DNA from: Amoebidium appalachense
Lineage: Eukaryota > Protista > Ichthyosporea
DNA length: 64,000 bases
Direction of reading: 5' to 3'
Assembly: GCA_963693365.1 (NCBI GenBank)
Contig: CAVNZM010000014.1
Span: 4,278,001-4,342,000, forward strand
The number at the start of each line of letters is the position of its first letter. Within the stretch, counting starts at the first letter, position 1. The notes beneath the pieces were generated by a model. That model was not told the origin of the DNA and did not search any database. It was given only the letters and a program-made list of their open reading frames with translations. Position numbers and translations under genes: made by a program. Below, piece after piece: positions 14,830 through 28,564 of the stretch.

Positions 14830-15026
14830 TCTCCCTTTATTTCATAAGCATGTCCGGCATGCTCTTGTTTGGCTTCTGTTATTCATTAAACACGTGTGGT
14901 ATTCATAGTTTGTTTAGCTATTGGCGATAGCGAGAGGAAAGCACGCATGCGGCGGTTGTTGTGCATGCTTTTCATGTTTTCTGTGTAGTCGGGTGTTTTG
15001 TCTGCGGTTGGACGGTATGAGGGGAA

Positions 15027-15440
15027 TGCAGTTTGAATTCTGTTCATGTAAGTGTCGTTATATGATTGGTCAGATTTATAGTATTCATAGTATTTGCCAA
15101 TTAGATGCGCAAATACCTTTGGATAGATCTGTATTCATGGAATCTGCCTGAGGCAGATAAATAGGTGAGAATCGAGCATAATAGATCGGACGTAGATTGA
15201 CAGAACATGCGACTGTGTTTCTACCTCTCCACACTACCCTCTCTGTTAGTGCTGTGGCTTCGTGCACTGCAACAGCACCACTCTGCACGTGTTTATGTCT
15301 GGCAATTTAGTGGCCTGATCATCCACGTATACTCATTCATATGCATGTGTGCCCAGGTACGTGTTAGTTGTAGTGTGTACACTCTGCTAGTCAGGCGAGA
15401 ATAGTAGTGACTTTTGCCGTAAGTCAGCACTTTTCTTGCA
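15027..15440 (+). repeat. LTR of a Ty1/copia element
   Basis: TGCA...TGCA termini, followed directly by the copia-type PBS GGTTATAGGCC and gag. The last 39 bp recur at 32430-32468. The 5' boundary is inferred from the purine tract before TG. Confidence 0.65.
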
Positions 15441-15481
15441 GGTTATAGGCCATAGCACGCTAGTCACTGCTTTTGGCGAAA

Positions 15482-15909
15482 ATGAAGTTTGACGACGCTA
15501 AACTTCCGAAACCACCGACGCTGACAGGTAGCGAAAACTATGTCAGATTCCGGAGATTGTTCGCCGATTATTTCAAAGCACGGGGCCTGGCAGATTGCTT
15601 GACAACTCGACCTCCTGCTTATGTTTACTCCGACTCCGGCTCTGCACACGCCCGTGGGAGCCCAGGGATCGGAACCGTTAGGATCAGGCTTGATTTCTCT
15701 TCTACTACCACCCCGGTACGGCGCCCGACTACAGCCAGTGGGCGTAGCCAGGGTCGTAGCAACACTACCGTACCCGACGGCAACGAGCAAGGCATCACCG
15801 CTGATGAACAGCTGGACGAGAATGCAGAGGTGGAAACCGACGGCGTTTCTTTGTCCGCGCAGGCAGACGAGTGCCAGGGTCAGGCGCAGGCGCGCTATCT
15901 CCTCCTTAC
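15482..15909 (+). pseudogene. Ty1/copia gag N-terminus, cut off by a TIR element
   Basis: MKFDDAKLPKPPTLTGSENYVRFRRLFADYFKARGLADCL resembles the copia gag LxGxxNY..W/F motif. It sits 40 bp after the PBS and ends at the TIR at 15910. Confidence 0.7.
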
Positions 15910-17634
15910 CATCAGCAAACTTCCCCGTGGTATTGCCAATATTGTGAGGCTATTATCTACTGCCAATATCGTAAAAATACCAGATTAATACTGAAGTAAT
16001 ATCAATTATCCATTGCCAATGTATCGCGAGTAGAGATTTTCTGTGGTAGAGACGCTATAGAAGTGTAATAGAACTGTAATATTGACGTAATATCGGCATA
16101 ATATTTTTATATTATTGTGATACCATGTCAGGTCTACCACCAATAACTATATACCGTATGAGTAATGTACTGGCAATATCCCAAAATGCGTGTACGTGTG
16201 CCTATTAACAATACAATTTCGATATTGTCAATGTACTTATTCGGTATTATACTATTGCTTGCGGAGTATTGTCAATACGTTATGAATATATAAAATGTAG
16301 GACAATTTTGTGTCAAATTAGGGTATTGTCCAACGTGGCAAGACTATTGCCAATATATTATGAATGTATTCTTCCTGACCATTTCGGGATATTGGCAATA
16401 TAACCAACCCATATGTCCCATATGGCCGATACAAACATAATGTCGCTATTGGTTATAGGGTTATGATATGATTATAATAGGATCTCAATTCGGTTGAAAT
16501 GTATTGCCAATGTATCCGTCACAATATCAAGACTTTTATGCACCTATTATCAATAGCCTAAAAGCAACCGAAAATATGGGGCGTGTATTTTATTGCCAAT
16601 ATATTGGTAAAATATTGGGGATGAAAGATCAGGTCACTTTACCTATGTAGTTGCAATATTGTGAATGTATTGCCAACACATGTTCAACAAACATGTTCGG
16701 AGTGTAGTCCTTGTATGCGCAGTACATTGCTAATACCGTGGTATTAGGGTGGACATATACTGACATTATGTAGATCATATCCTACCCATATCACATCCAT
16801 ATTAGTAGGACATAAACATGATATAGCAAGAAAACTTTTATCCTATTGCGAATATCTAAGGCACAAGTGGTATTGGCAATGCACGAATACATCTATAATA
16901 CTGTCACCAATACGGACACAGCTAAGGACACCATATATTGGTTATAGTCTCAGTATATACTACCAGTATGTTCGATTGCGAACAAATCATTACGTAGGAG
17001 GTACTATCAATATACTACCAGTACCTGTACGATATACACACGTCATATACAATACATTTGCAGTATATTATGGGTGCATTTCCGTACCAAGATTGAGAAG
17101 GGCAACGGCCATAACAAATGGTCCTCACGTTTTTAGCACCTCAAAATATAAAAGTTCTTTGTTTTGAATACTGTTCCTGGGGAAGATGTTCCCGTGGTCC
17201 GTGGTACAAACGTCGCCGAACGTCCTACCATTAAACCTTTCACCAGCCTACATCCTGTGTAAGCTGTAGGGTATAAAACTTGAAGTATCATGAAGGATAA
17301 TACAGGAAAGTAATGACAAACCCTCCCCCCTCCCCCCTCCCCTCCCCCCCCCCAACCCAACCCTAAAAAAAATATAAAAAAAACCTGGAGGAATAGAGTA
17401 AAAATTCTGAAATGCAAATCTAAGAGAACTCGCAGTCCCTACACACGTCCCCGAGACGCATCAAAGTTTACAGCATCCCCCCCTCCTCCCCCTCCATTTT
17501 GTTTTAGTCCCTATGTCTTTACTAGTATGCCCCCTTGTTACTTGCAATACTTTTCTTTCTTCGAAACATCCCTCACTCCCCTCACCCCCTTCCCCCCCAA
17601 ACCCATCACCACGGACGCTGTCAGTGTAACCACT

Positions 17635-17652
17635 CACACACACTCACACACA

Positions 17653-17751
<99 letters not shown>

Positions 17752-18505
17752 CCACCCACCCATGCATACACGCACACACACAAACTTCCCCTTCTTCCTC
17801 TCAACTCTCTACCCTCTTTTACGTTTCACTGTGTGTTTCCTCTCTCGTTCTAGCACCAGTTTTGCTAACCGTTACAAACTTCACCTACTCTTGTTCAAGC
17901 CTCGACTGGTTGCTGAAATCACCTCCTTTCCTTGTCCTTTTATGACCCCCCCCACCCCTCCTCTCCCCTCCCTCTCCCCCTCTCCCCCCCCCCCCCCCCT
18001 CCCTTCCCCGGCTGAAGCCTTAGTCTCTACTGAATAATCTCTGTCCTTGTGACCCACCCTCTCGTCCTTCACTCCCCCCCCCCCCCCCCCCCCCCCCCCC
18101 TTCTTCCTGCCCGGTTCCCCCCATACCTGTTCGCCTCGATTACTTGCAGTATTTCTTCTTATCCCTCCCCGTTAACTATTAATTTTTTTTCCCTCTTCTC
18201 CCATTGATCCTGTTTTGGTCCTGTGTCCCTCTATTCCAATGCCCTTTGCGATGCTTTGCTTCTTTGGCTGCCACCCTCGAATGCACACATCATCACCCCC
18301 CCCCCCCTCCCCCCCCCCCCCCCCCCCCCCTTCCCCTCTTGTTCCAGCGCCGGTTTTACCCATTATGGACTTAACCTGCTTTTGCTCAAGCCTCCACATG
18401 TCTGAACTTTTACCCCTTTCTCTCGTACTCTTTACCACCCCCCCCCCCCCCCCCTCTGGTCCTCCTACTACCCCTCTCCCCCCAAAAAAACACACACGCA
18501 CACAG

Positions 18506-18540
<35 letters not shown>

Positions 18541-18680
18541 ACACACACAGCATTCGACACCGTCCAATCTTGTTCTCACCAAGGCATCCACATGCTCGCA
18601 CACAATGCAAAAACATGCACTCTAAAAACATGCACTCACACACACGCACGCACATGCACACCGGGACACACACACACACC

Positions 18681-18734
<54 letters not shown>

Positions 18735-18956
18735 ACACACACACGACATGCTCACACACACAAACACACAACACACACACACACATACAGAGAGACACAC
18801 ACACATATGCACACACACGGTGCATTTCCTCCCCTCCCCATCCCTCTCCACAGAGCACACACACACACACACACGTGCACACATGCACACACACGGTGCA
18901 TCCCCCCCCCCCCCCCCCTTCCCCTCTCAACTGAGCACATACACACACACATACAT

Positions 18957-19021
<65 letters not shown>

Positions 19022-19164
19022 CACACATGCACACATGCACGGACACGAATCCCCCCCTTGCCCTTCCCTCTCCACCGAGCACATGCACACATGCACAGAC
19101 ATGCACATACACACACACACCACACACGACGCACACAGACATGCACACACAGACAAACACACAA

Positions 19165-19212
<48 letters not shown>

Positions 19213-19683
19213 CACACATGCACACACACGGTGCATTTCCCCCCTCCCCGTCCCTCTCCACAGAGCACACACACACACACGTGCACACATGCACACACAC
19301 GGTGCATCCCCCCTCTCCCCCCCTTCCCTTTCAACTGAGCACATACACACACACAGACATACACACACACACAACATACACAGACATCCACACATCAGAC
19401 ACAGACACGCATACACACACACACACACACACATGCACATATGCACACACAGACACACACACATGCAATTGCACACTCACATATGCACACACACACACAC
19501 ACGCAAACACGCACACACACACACACACATACAGATATGCACACACACACACTGTCTCTCTCTCTCTTTCTCTCCCTCCCTCCCTCCCTCCCTCCCCCCT
19601 CCCTCCCTCCCTCCCAACCATCCCTCCCTCCCTCCCTCCGTCCCTCCCTCCCTCCCTCCCTCCCTCCCTCCCTCCCTCCCTCC

Positions 19684-19726
<43 letters not shown>

Positions 19727-19830
19727 ACACACACATGCACATGCACATGCACACGCACATATGCACTCACACACACACGCAAACACACACACACACACAC
19801 ACACACATACACACGTACACACGTACACAT
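17635..19830. repeat. Compound (CA)n / poly-C / (CCCT)n low-complexity region
   Basis: Directly visible. The long HT/CV ORFs here are artefacts. Confidence 0.9.
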
Positions 19831-20190
19831 ATAACCCTCTCTTCTCTTATGTAGTATCGTAGGAACGCTTGACAAAGGTACTACACGGGTGTTGGTTGGA
19901 TGATGACAGTACATGTACCAGTGGGATAGATGCTGTTTACTCCAGGCAATGTACCAGTGTGTCGATTGATTTAGCTAATATTAGATCTATGTTTAGCTGT
20001 GTGTTGTTTTTTCTCCTTTTTGTATTTAAGGCCTGGCCGGCCTAATAAAATGCTATCTAATCTTACTCGAGATTGAGCTTTTTTGGCCTTGAAGGCCGAT
20101 CTTAATAAAGTACTGTGAATGTGTCCCCTGATGAGGGACTCTAGTCGATATCGATATATCTGCAAAACAACCCCCCCCCCCCCCCCCCTT

Positions 20191-20269
<79 letters not shown>

Positions 20270-20489
20270 CAAACAAAAAAGAAAGAAAAAAAGAGCGAGA
20301 GAATCCTTGTTTCTCGTATGTTACCAGCACGTAAGCAAGTATTTTATTCATTCACAATACATTGTTAGGTATGTGTAGTATATTATGGTGTTATTATTTT
20401 TTGGTTTACAATATGGTGTCCACGTTCCCAAGATATCGTTATTGTCGACCAACTACTATGGTAGTATAATGCTATGATGACAATTTGTG

Positions 20490-22300
20490 CATGCGTTACT
20501 TATAAGCATCGGGTTTTTTCACTAACTACCCACAGAGTAGCTTCTAGCACGATAAATTCACCACAAATTATAAGGAGGGATGGTGAATGTGCCCTTGGAG
20601 TACGAGGGTCACACGAAAAAAACACAACGTTGTAGCTCGTATAGAACCCCCCTTGTAGCATAATATATGTACATGTGTTACTTACACATTATTGGTTTTT
20701 TCAATAACTACCCACAGAACAGCTTCTAGCACGAGAAATTTACCACAAAGTTTATGGGGGGGATGGTGAATGTGCCCCTGGAGTACGAGGGTCACACGAA
20801 AAAAACACAACGTTGTAGCTCGTTTAGAACCCCCCTTGTAGCATAGTATATGTACATGTGTTACCTAGACATTATTGGTGTTTTCAATAACTACCCACAG
20901 AACAGCTTCTAGCACGAGACATTTACCACACAGTTTACGGGGGGATGGTAAATGTGCCCCTGGAGTACGAGGGTCACTCGAAAAAAACACAACGTTGTAG
21001 CTCGAATAGAACCCCCCTTGTAGCATAATATATGTACATGTGTTACTTACACATTATTGGTTTTTTCAATAACTACCAACAGAACAGCTTCTAGCACGAG
21101 ACATTTACCACACAGTTTATGGGGGGGATGGTGAATGTGCCCCTGGAGTACGAGGGTTACTCGAAAAAAACACAACGTTGTAGCTCGAATAGAACCCCCC
21201 TTGTAGCCTAGTATATGTACATGTGTTACTTACACATTATTGGTTTTTTCAATAACTACCAACAGAACAGCTTCTAGCACGAGACATTTACCACAAAGTT
21301 TATGGGGGGGATGGTGAATGTGCCCCTGGAGTACGAGGGTCACACGAAAAAAACACAACGGTGTAGCTCGTATAGAACCCCCCTTGTAGCATAGTATATG
21401 TACATGTGTTACCTAGACATTATTGGTTTTTTCGATAACTACCCACAGAACAGCTTCTAGCACGAGAAATTTACCACACAGTTTATGGGGGGGATGGTGA
21501 ATGTGCCCTTGGAGTACGAGGGTCACACGGAAAAAACGCAACGTTGTAGCTCGTATAGAACCCCCCTTGTAGCATAGTATTTGTACATACTAGTATCATT
21601 ACCTAGACATTATTGGTTTTTTCAATAACTACCCACAGAACAGCCTCTAGCACGAGAAATATACCAAAACGTTTATTGGGGGGATGGTGAATGTGCCCCT
21701 GGAGTACGAGGGTCGCACGAAAAAACCACAACGCTGTAGCTCGTATAGAACCCCCCTTGTAGCATAGTATATGTACATGTGTTACCTAGACATTATTGGT
21801 TTTTTCAATAACTACCCACAGAACAGCTTCTAGCACAAGACATTTACCACACAGTTTATGGGAGGGATGGTGAATGTGCCCCTGGAGTACGAGGGTCACT
21901 CGAAAAAAACACAACGTTATAGCTCGAATAGAACCCCCCTTGTAGCATAGTATATGTACATGTGTTACCTAGACATTTTTGGGTTTTTCAATAACTACCC
22001 ACAGAACAGCCTCTAGCACGAGAAATATACCAAAACGTTTATTGGGGGGATGGTGAATGTGCCCCTGGAGTACGAGGGGCACACGAAAAAACCACAACGT
22101 TGTAGCTCGTATAGAACCCCCCTTGTAGCATAGTATATGTACATGTGTTACCTAGACATTATTGGTTTTTTCATTAACTACCCACAGAACAGCTTCTAGC
22201 ACGAGAAATTTACCACAAAGTTTATGGGGGGGATGGTGAATGTGCCTCTGGAGTACGAGGGTCACACGAAAAAAACACATCATTGTAGCCCGGATTGAAA
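20490..22300. repeat. 183-bp tandem array, ~10 units
   Basis: The unit CATGTGTTACCTAGACATTATTGG...GAACCCCCCTTGTAGCATAGTATATGTA recurs about every 183 bp (e.g. 20853, 21036, 21219, 21402). Confidence 0.95.
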
Positions 22301-22451
22301 CCCCCCTTGTACCATATATATCATATATCATGCGGCATGTGTTAGTTTCGCGTTATTGGTTTCCTAGCACGAGATATTCAGCACACAGTTGGGGTTGTGG
22401 GGGCAGTGTACACCTACAATATCAGGGGTACCGCGCGGCAAAAACACCCCC

Positions 22452-22487
<36 letters not shown>

Positions 22488-22755
22488 GGGGGGGTCACGC
22501 GTGCGATGGTGCACTTATTATTACGTTAACTAGGCAGGGTATAGCATCAACGTTGTTAGATGTGCTGCTGAGTTTCTTTGGTTGTACACCCGTCACCAGT
22601 CAATTTATTGGTGTTGGTGCCCACCTGTGACACCACCTCGGAAGACTGGGGTCACATGTGTGGTGCACACGGTGGGTAAATATCATCAAACTGTAGCTGC
22701 AAAAGAATGTGCAATTATGCATCACTGTCTGGTATTTGCCTATCCCCCCCCCCCC

Positions 22756-22799
<44 letters not shown>

Positions 22800-23576
22800 A
22801 CCGGGCCCTCCCCCCCCCCCCCCCCTCCCCCCCCCCCCCCCCCCACCCCAGGCCGCCTCTCCACACCACACACACACACACCACACACACACACTGCTGC
22901 AGAGCTACATGGATGCCATCACCATCACGCGTGACGATATTTAATTAGTATTGGTGATATTGTACCAATACGTAACGTATATTGGTAATAGATAGTACAT
23001 AGAATATATATATCACATGAATATAAATAATACAAGAGCCATATGGGGACCCCTTCCTGAATCGCACGCACGCGTGTATACGTCGCGTTGAAGATGTACT
23101 CCATCAACCAACTATTAACATAACAACGAGTACACCGGGTGTACATACACGTCTGGGTGTTCACATCTTCCCCCACACATGACCTTTCTACGTAAAGCGG
23201 GGATAGGCCTCGAGTAAACAGCGTTAACGTTATAACTTAAGCTCCGTCGGAACGTATGGCAACGGTGTCCGAAATATGTCCACCATATCGCCAACCTCAC
23301 CGATCCGCCGAGAATCGATCCAATCACATTATGTACACCATGGGAATCCGCTTCTGATAGCAAATAGTGATTGGCTAAACCCAATCCGGTTTGCAATTTT
23401 TTGTCCGTTTAAGCCTGTACGCACGTTGTTTGCTCCATTTCTCTTCCCCCTTCCCGCAGGTCCGCAGGTCCTTTCCCGCAGGTCGCCTGGTCGCAGGTCC
23501 CTTCCCGCAGGTCGCCTGGTGGCAGTTCCCTTCCCGCAGGTCGCCTCCCGCAGGTCGCCTGGTCACAGGTCCCATC

Positions 23577-24830
23577 CGCAGGTCGCGCAGCCACCGTGCT
23601 GAATGGTTTCGACCATGCTGCATGCTGAAGCTTCTTCGCCTAACGGCTGAAAGGCCGTTTGAAGGTTAGTTTTGTGTTGCCTGCTTTTGTGCATGTGGCG
23701 TTTGTCTGTCTGGTCTGTGTCCGTGCCTGTGATTATGTCTGTGTCTGTGTCTGTGTGCATGTGATTGTATGTGTGTGCGTGCGTGTGCGTGTGCCTGCTG
23801 GCTGCAGATGCACGTTGCCTTTTCACGTTCATGAACCAACGACTGTGGGCACTACTTTTGCTGTTAGCACTATAGCTATCATCCCCTCCACCAGTCGTTC
23901 AAGCTATTTTCTGCTTCTCTAGACTTCATAAGTTCTGGTCCGGGTTTCCGTCCTTACTATGTTTGAGGTTGGTTCTGTCGACTCTTTTTTTGCCCTCCGC
24001 AGGTCGCGCAGCCACCGTGCTGAATGGTTTCGACCATGCTGCATGCTGCAGCTTCTTCGCCTAACGGCTGAAAGGCCGTTTGAAGGTTAGTTTTGTGTTG
24101 CCTGCTTTTGTGCATGTGGCGTTTGTCTGTCTGGTCTGTGTCCGTGCCTGTGATTATGTCTGTGTCTGTGTCTGTGTCTGTGTGCGTGTGTGTGTATGTG
24201 TGTGCGTGCGTGTGCGTGTGCCTGCTGGCTGCAGATGCACGTTGCCTTTTCACGTTCATGAACCAGCGACTGTGGGCACTACTTTTGCTGTTAGCACTAT
24301 AGCTATCATCCCCTCCCCCAGTCGTTCAAGCTATTTTCTGCTTCTCTAGACTTCATAAGTTCTGGTCCGGGTTTCCGTCCTTACTAAATTTGAGGTTGGT
24401 TCTGTCGACTCTTTTTTTGCCCTCCGCAGGTCGCGCAGCCACCGTGCTGAATGGTTTCGACCATGCTGCATGCTGCAGCTTCTTCGCCTAACGGCTGAAA
24501 GGCCGTTTGAAGGTTAGGTTTGTGTTGCCTGCTTTTGTGCATGTGGCGTTTGTCTGTCTGGTCTGTGTCCGTGCCTGTGATTATGTCTGTGTCTGCGTGT
24601 GTGTGTATGTGTGTGCGTGCGTGTGCGTGTGCCTGCTGGCTGCAGATGCACGTTGCCTTTTCACGTTCATGAACCAGCGACTGTGGGCACTACTTTTGCT
24701 GTTAGCACTATAGCTATCATCCCCTCCACCAGTCGTTCAAGCTATTTTCTGCTTCTCTAGACTTATAAGTTCTGGTCCGGGTTTCCGTCCTTACTATGTT
24801 TGAGGTTCGTTCTGTCGACTTTTTTTTTGC
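23577..24830 (+). repeat. ~425-bp unit triplicated in tandem
   Basis: CGCAGGTCGCGCAGCCACCGTGCTG... at ~23577, ~23997 and ~24425. A single copy lies at ~28520-28890. Confidence 0.9.
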
Positions 24831-26182
24831 CACTCTAGAGGTGGGTACCGGCTCTTTGTCCTATGGCTGCTGTTGTTTCCGTTTTTCGTTTCTGTGTTGC
24901 CCCAGCCCAGCCTGTTGTGCTTGTGTGGTAGTTTTCTTTTTCTTTCTTCTTCTTTTTTCTTCTTGTTTTGTCATGATTCTTTTTGGTATTTTTTGTTTGC
25001 ATAAGAGTAATGTTGATACGAGATGCGAGATAAAAGTAGATAGTAGAGAATGGATGCCACCTGGGGTGGTATGTTAGTTGTGTTGTTAACTTGTGTGCTG
25101 TAGGATGCCACCTGGGGTGGTATATTAGTTGTGTTGTTTACTTGTGTGCTTGATGCCACTATCCAACCGAAGTTAATAAAGTGACCATACGGAACACGTA
25201 TGGATGTCGACATGTGCAATACATTGGCAATACATTGACAATGATCATGGGGCTGTGCTTACCGTACCGTGTGCATATTGCCAATATATTGAGCATGTGA
25301 TTGAGGTATCAATAAAGTTATTGTTAATACATTGGCAATGTTCGTCATACGTATTATTCTTAGATATAAGACGTTACTCCGATATGCCTTTCATATTATA
25401 AGCGCACTTATACTGTACTTTGCATGCATTCGTTCCCATTATCAATTTATTGGCAATGTATTTGGATAATATAGTGTGATATTTATAATATATATGTAAT
25501 GCATTATCAACACTTATATCTTTATGGTGGTGGTATCATTCGTATGTTGGCAATATATGCTTGATATGGAACATACTTACATATTCCTTATTTGTAATGT
25601 GTTGGGAGTGTATTAATCATACCTCTGTTTATGTCATCAATATACTCACGATATATAAGCAACCTATCGGCGATACCGCATTTATATATTGATTATAGTT
25701 GGATCATATGTTGGCAATACATTGTTTATATGTTTCTTGATATTTAAATCTTTGTATTTCTATGAATTACATATTGGCAATACATTAATAATGCGTTCAT
25801 AGTGCAACTACAATGCGAAAATACAGTATTATCCATATCATTATCTGTATTTTTGATATTATTTGGTTGTTATTGTAATATCGCCTGGGTATAATTGATA
25901 TTGGCAATACGTCTATAATGCTAGCGCAATAGTAATGCAATGGTAATGTAATGGCACTCTAATGTATTGGCGATATTGATGTAACATATACTGGATAATA
26001 TATTCATATCAGCGGGATATCGACAATAGAGGGTATTGGTACTGTATTACCATTGACAATACCAAAGCAATATTATTGCAATATGGCGTTCCTATTGGCG
26101 GCAAGGGGTTCTATTGCCAATATCGCCAATAGCTCCAATAGCAAAAAATACGTTGGCAATACTTCCGGGAAGTTTGCTGATG

Positions 26183-27800
26183 TGTTACTTACACATTATT
26201 GGTGTTTTCAATAACTACCCACAGAACAGCTTCTAGCACGAGAAATTTACCACACAGTTTATGGGGGGGATGGTGAATGTGCCCCTGGAGTACGAGGGTC
26301 ACACGAAAAAAACACAACGTTGTAGCTCGTATAGAACCGCCCTTGTAGCATAGTACTATATGTCCATGTGTTACCTAGACATTTTTGGTTTTTTCAATAA
26401 CTACCCACAGAACAGCCTCTAGCACGAGAAATTTACCACAAAGTTTATGGAGGGGATGGTAAATGTGCCCCTGGAGTACGAGGGACACACGAAAAAAACA
26501 CAACGTTGTAGCTCGTATAGAACCCCCCTTGTAGCATAGTATATGTCCATGTGTTACCTAGACATTATTGGTTTTTTCAATAACTACCCACAGAACAGCC
26601 TCTAGCACGAGAAATTTACCAAAACGTTTATGGGGGGGATGGTGAACGTGCCCCTGCATTACGAGGGTCACACGAAAAAAACACAACGTTGTAGCTCGTA
26701 TAGAACCCCCCTTGTAGCATAGTATATGTACATATGTTACCTAGACATTATTGGGTTTTCAATAACTACCCACAGAACAGCCTCTAGCACGAGAAATTTA
26801 CCACAAAGTTTATGGAGGGGATGGTAAATGTGCCCCTGGAGTACGAGGGTCACACGAAAAAAACACGACGTTGTAGCTCGAATAGAACCCCCCTTGTAGC
26901 ATAGTATATGTACATGTGTTACTTACACATTATTGCTGTTTTCAATAACTACCCACAGAACAGCTTCTAGCATGAGAAATTTACCACACAGTTTATGGGG
27001 GGGATGGTGAATGTGCCCCTGGAGTACGAGGGTCACACGAAAAAAACACAACGTTGTAGCTCGTATAGAACCCCCCTTGTAGCATAGTATATGTCCATGT
27101 GTTACCTAGACATTATTGGTTTTTTCAATAACTACCAACAGAACAGCCTCTAGCACGAGAAATTTACCATAAAGTTTATGGGGGGGATGGTAAATGTGCC
27201 CCTGGAGTACGAGGGTCACACGAAAAAAACACAACGTTGTAGCTCGAATAGAACCCCCCTTGTAGCATAGTATATGTACATATGTTACTTACACATTATT
27301 GGTTTTTTCAATAACTACCCACAGAACAGCTTCTGGCACGAGAAATTTACCACAAAGTTTATGGGGGGGATGGTGAGTGTGCCTCTGGAGTACGAGGGTC
27401 ACCCGAAAAAAACACAACGTTGTAGCTCGTATAGAACCCCCCTTGTAGGCTAAGCATAGAATATGTACATATGTTACCTAGACATTATTGGTTTTTCAAT
27501 AACTACCCACAGAACAGCCTCTAGCACGAGAAATTTACCACAAAGTTTGTGGGGGGGATGGTGAATGTGTCCCTGGAGTACGAGGGTCACACGAAAAAAA
27601 CACAACGTTGTAGCTCGAATAGAACCCCCCCTTGTAGCATAGTATATGTACATATGTTACTTACACATTATTGGTTTTTTCAATAACTACCCACAGAACA
27701 GCTTCTGGCACGAGAAATTTACCACAAAGTTTATGGGGGGGATGGTGAGTGTGCCTCTGGAGTACGAGGGTCACCCGAAAAAAACACAACATTGTAGCCC
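26183..27800. repeat. 183-bp tandem array, ~9 units
   Basis: Same unit as 20490-22300. Confidence 0.95.
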
Positions 27801-27959
27801 GGATTGAAACCCCCCTTGTACCATATACATCATATATCATGCAGCATGTGTTACTTTCGCGTTATTGGTTTCCTAGCACGAGATATTCAGCACACAGTTG
27901 GGGTTGTGGGGGCAGTGTACACCTACAATATCAGGGGTACCGCGTGGCAAAAACACCCC

Positions 27960-27990
<31 letters not shown>

Positions 27991-28564
27991 TCACACGTGC
28001 GATGGTGCACTAATTATTCCGTCAACTAGGCAGGGTATAGCATCAACGTTATTATATGTGCTGCTGAGTTTCTTTGGTTGTACACCCGTCACCAGTCAAT
28101 TTATTGGTGTTGGCGCCCACCTATGACACCACCTCGGAAGACTGGGGTCACGTGGAGGACACGTAACTATAGTCTGATAGTTGTGACTAAGGGCACTAAG
28201 GGCACCGCTAAGGGCACCAAGCTGATGCACGAGCGCGCGCGAGCCGAAATCTATTTTTATCTTTTCCCTAATCAGGCGCGGCGGTTACTAAACCGGTCTA
28301 TAGCAAATAGTGATTGGCTAAAACCAATCCGGTTTGCAATTTTTTGTCCGTTTAAGCCTGTACGCACGATGTTTGCTCCATTTCTCTTCCCCCTTCCCGC
28401 AGGTCCGCAGGTCCGCAGGTCCTTTCCCGCAGGTCGCCTGGTCGCAGGTCCCTTCCCGCAGGTCGCCTGGTCGCAGTTTCCTTCCCGCAGGTCGCCTGGT
28501 CACAGGTCCCCTCCGCATGCGCAGGTTGCGCAGCCACCGTGCTGAATGGTTTCGACCATGCTCC

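Larger units (their letters stand above)
15910..26182. mobile_element. ~10.3-kb non-autonomous TIR element (CMC/EnSpm-like architecture)
   Basis: Left end CATCAGCAAACTTCCC-cgtg-GTATTGCCAA. The right end reverse complement is CATCAGCAAACTTCCC-ggaa-GTATTGCCAA. About 1 kb of AT-rich subterminal DNA at each end is dense in ATTGCCAAT/ATTGGCAAT. No matching TSD. Superfamily is inferred. Confidence 0.7.

Noticed and set aside
20490-27800. 183-bp arrays as CRISPR or as repeated coding units (one minus-strand frame has a single stop per 61 codons)
   Set aside because: Units are contiguous with no unique spacers and no cas genes. The open frame lacks an in-frame ATG, and units carry frame-breaking indels.
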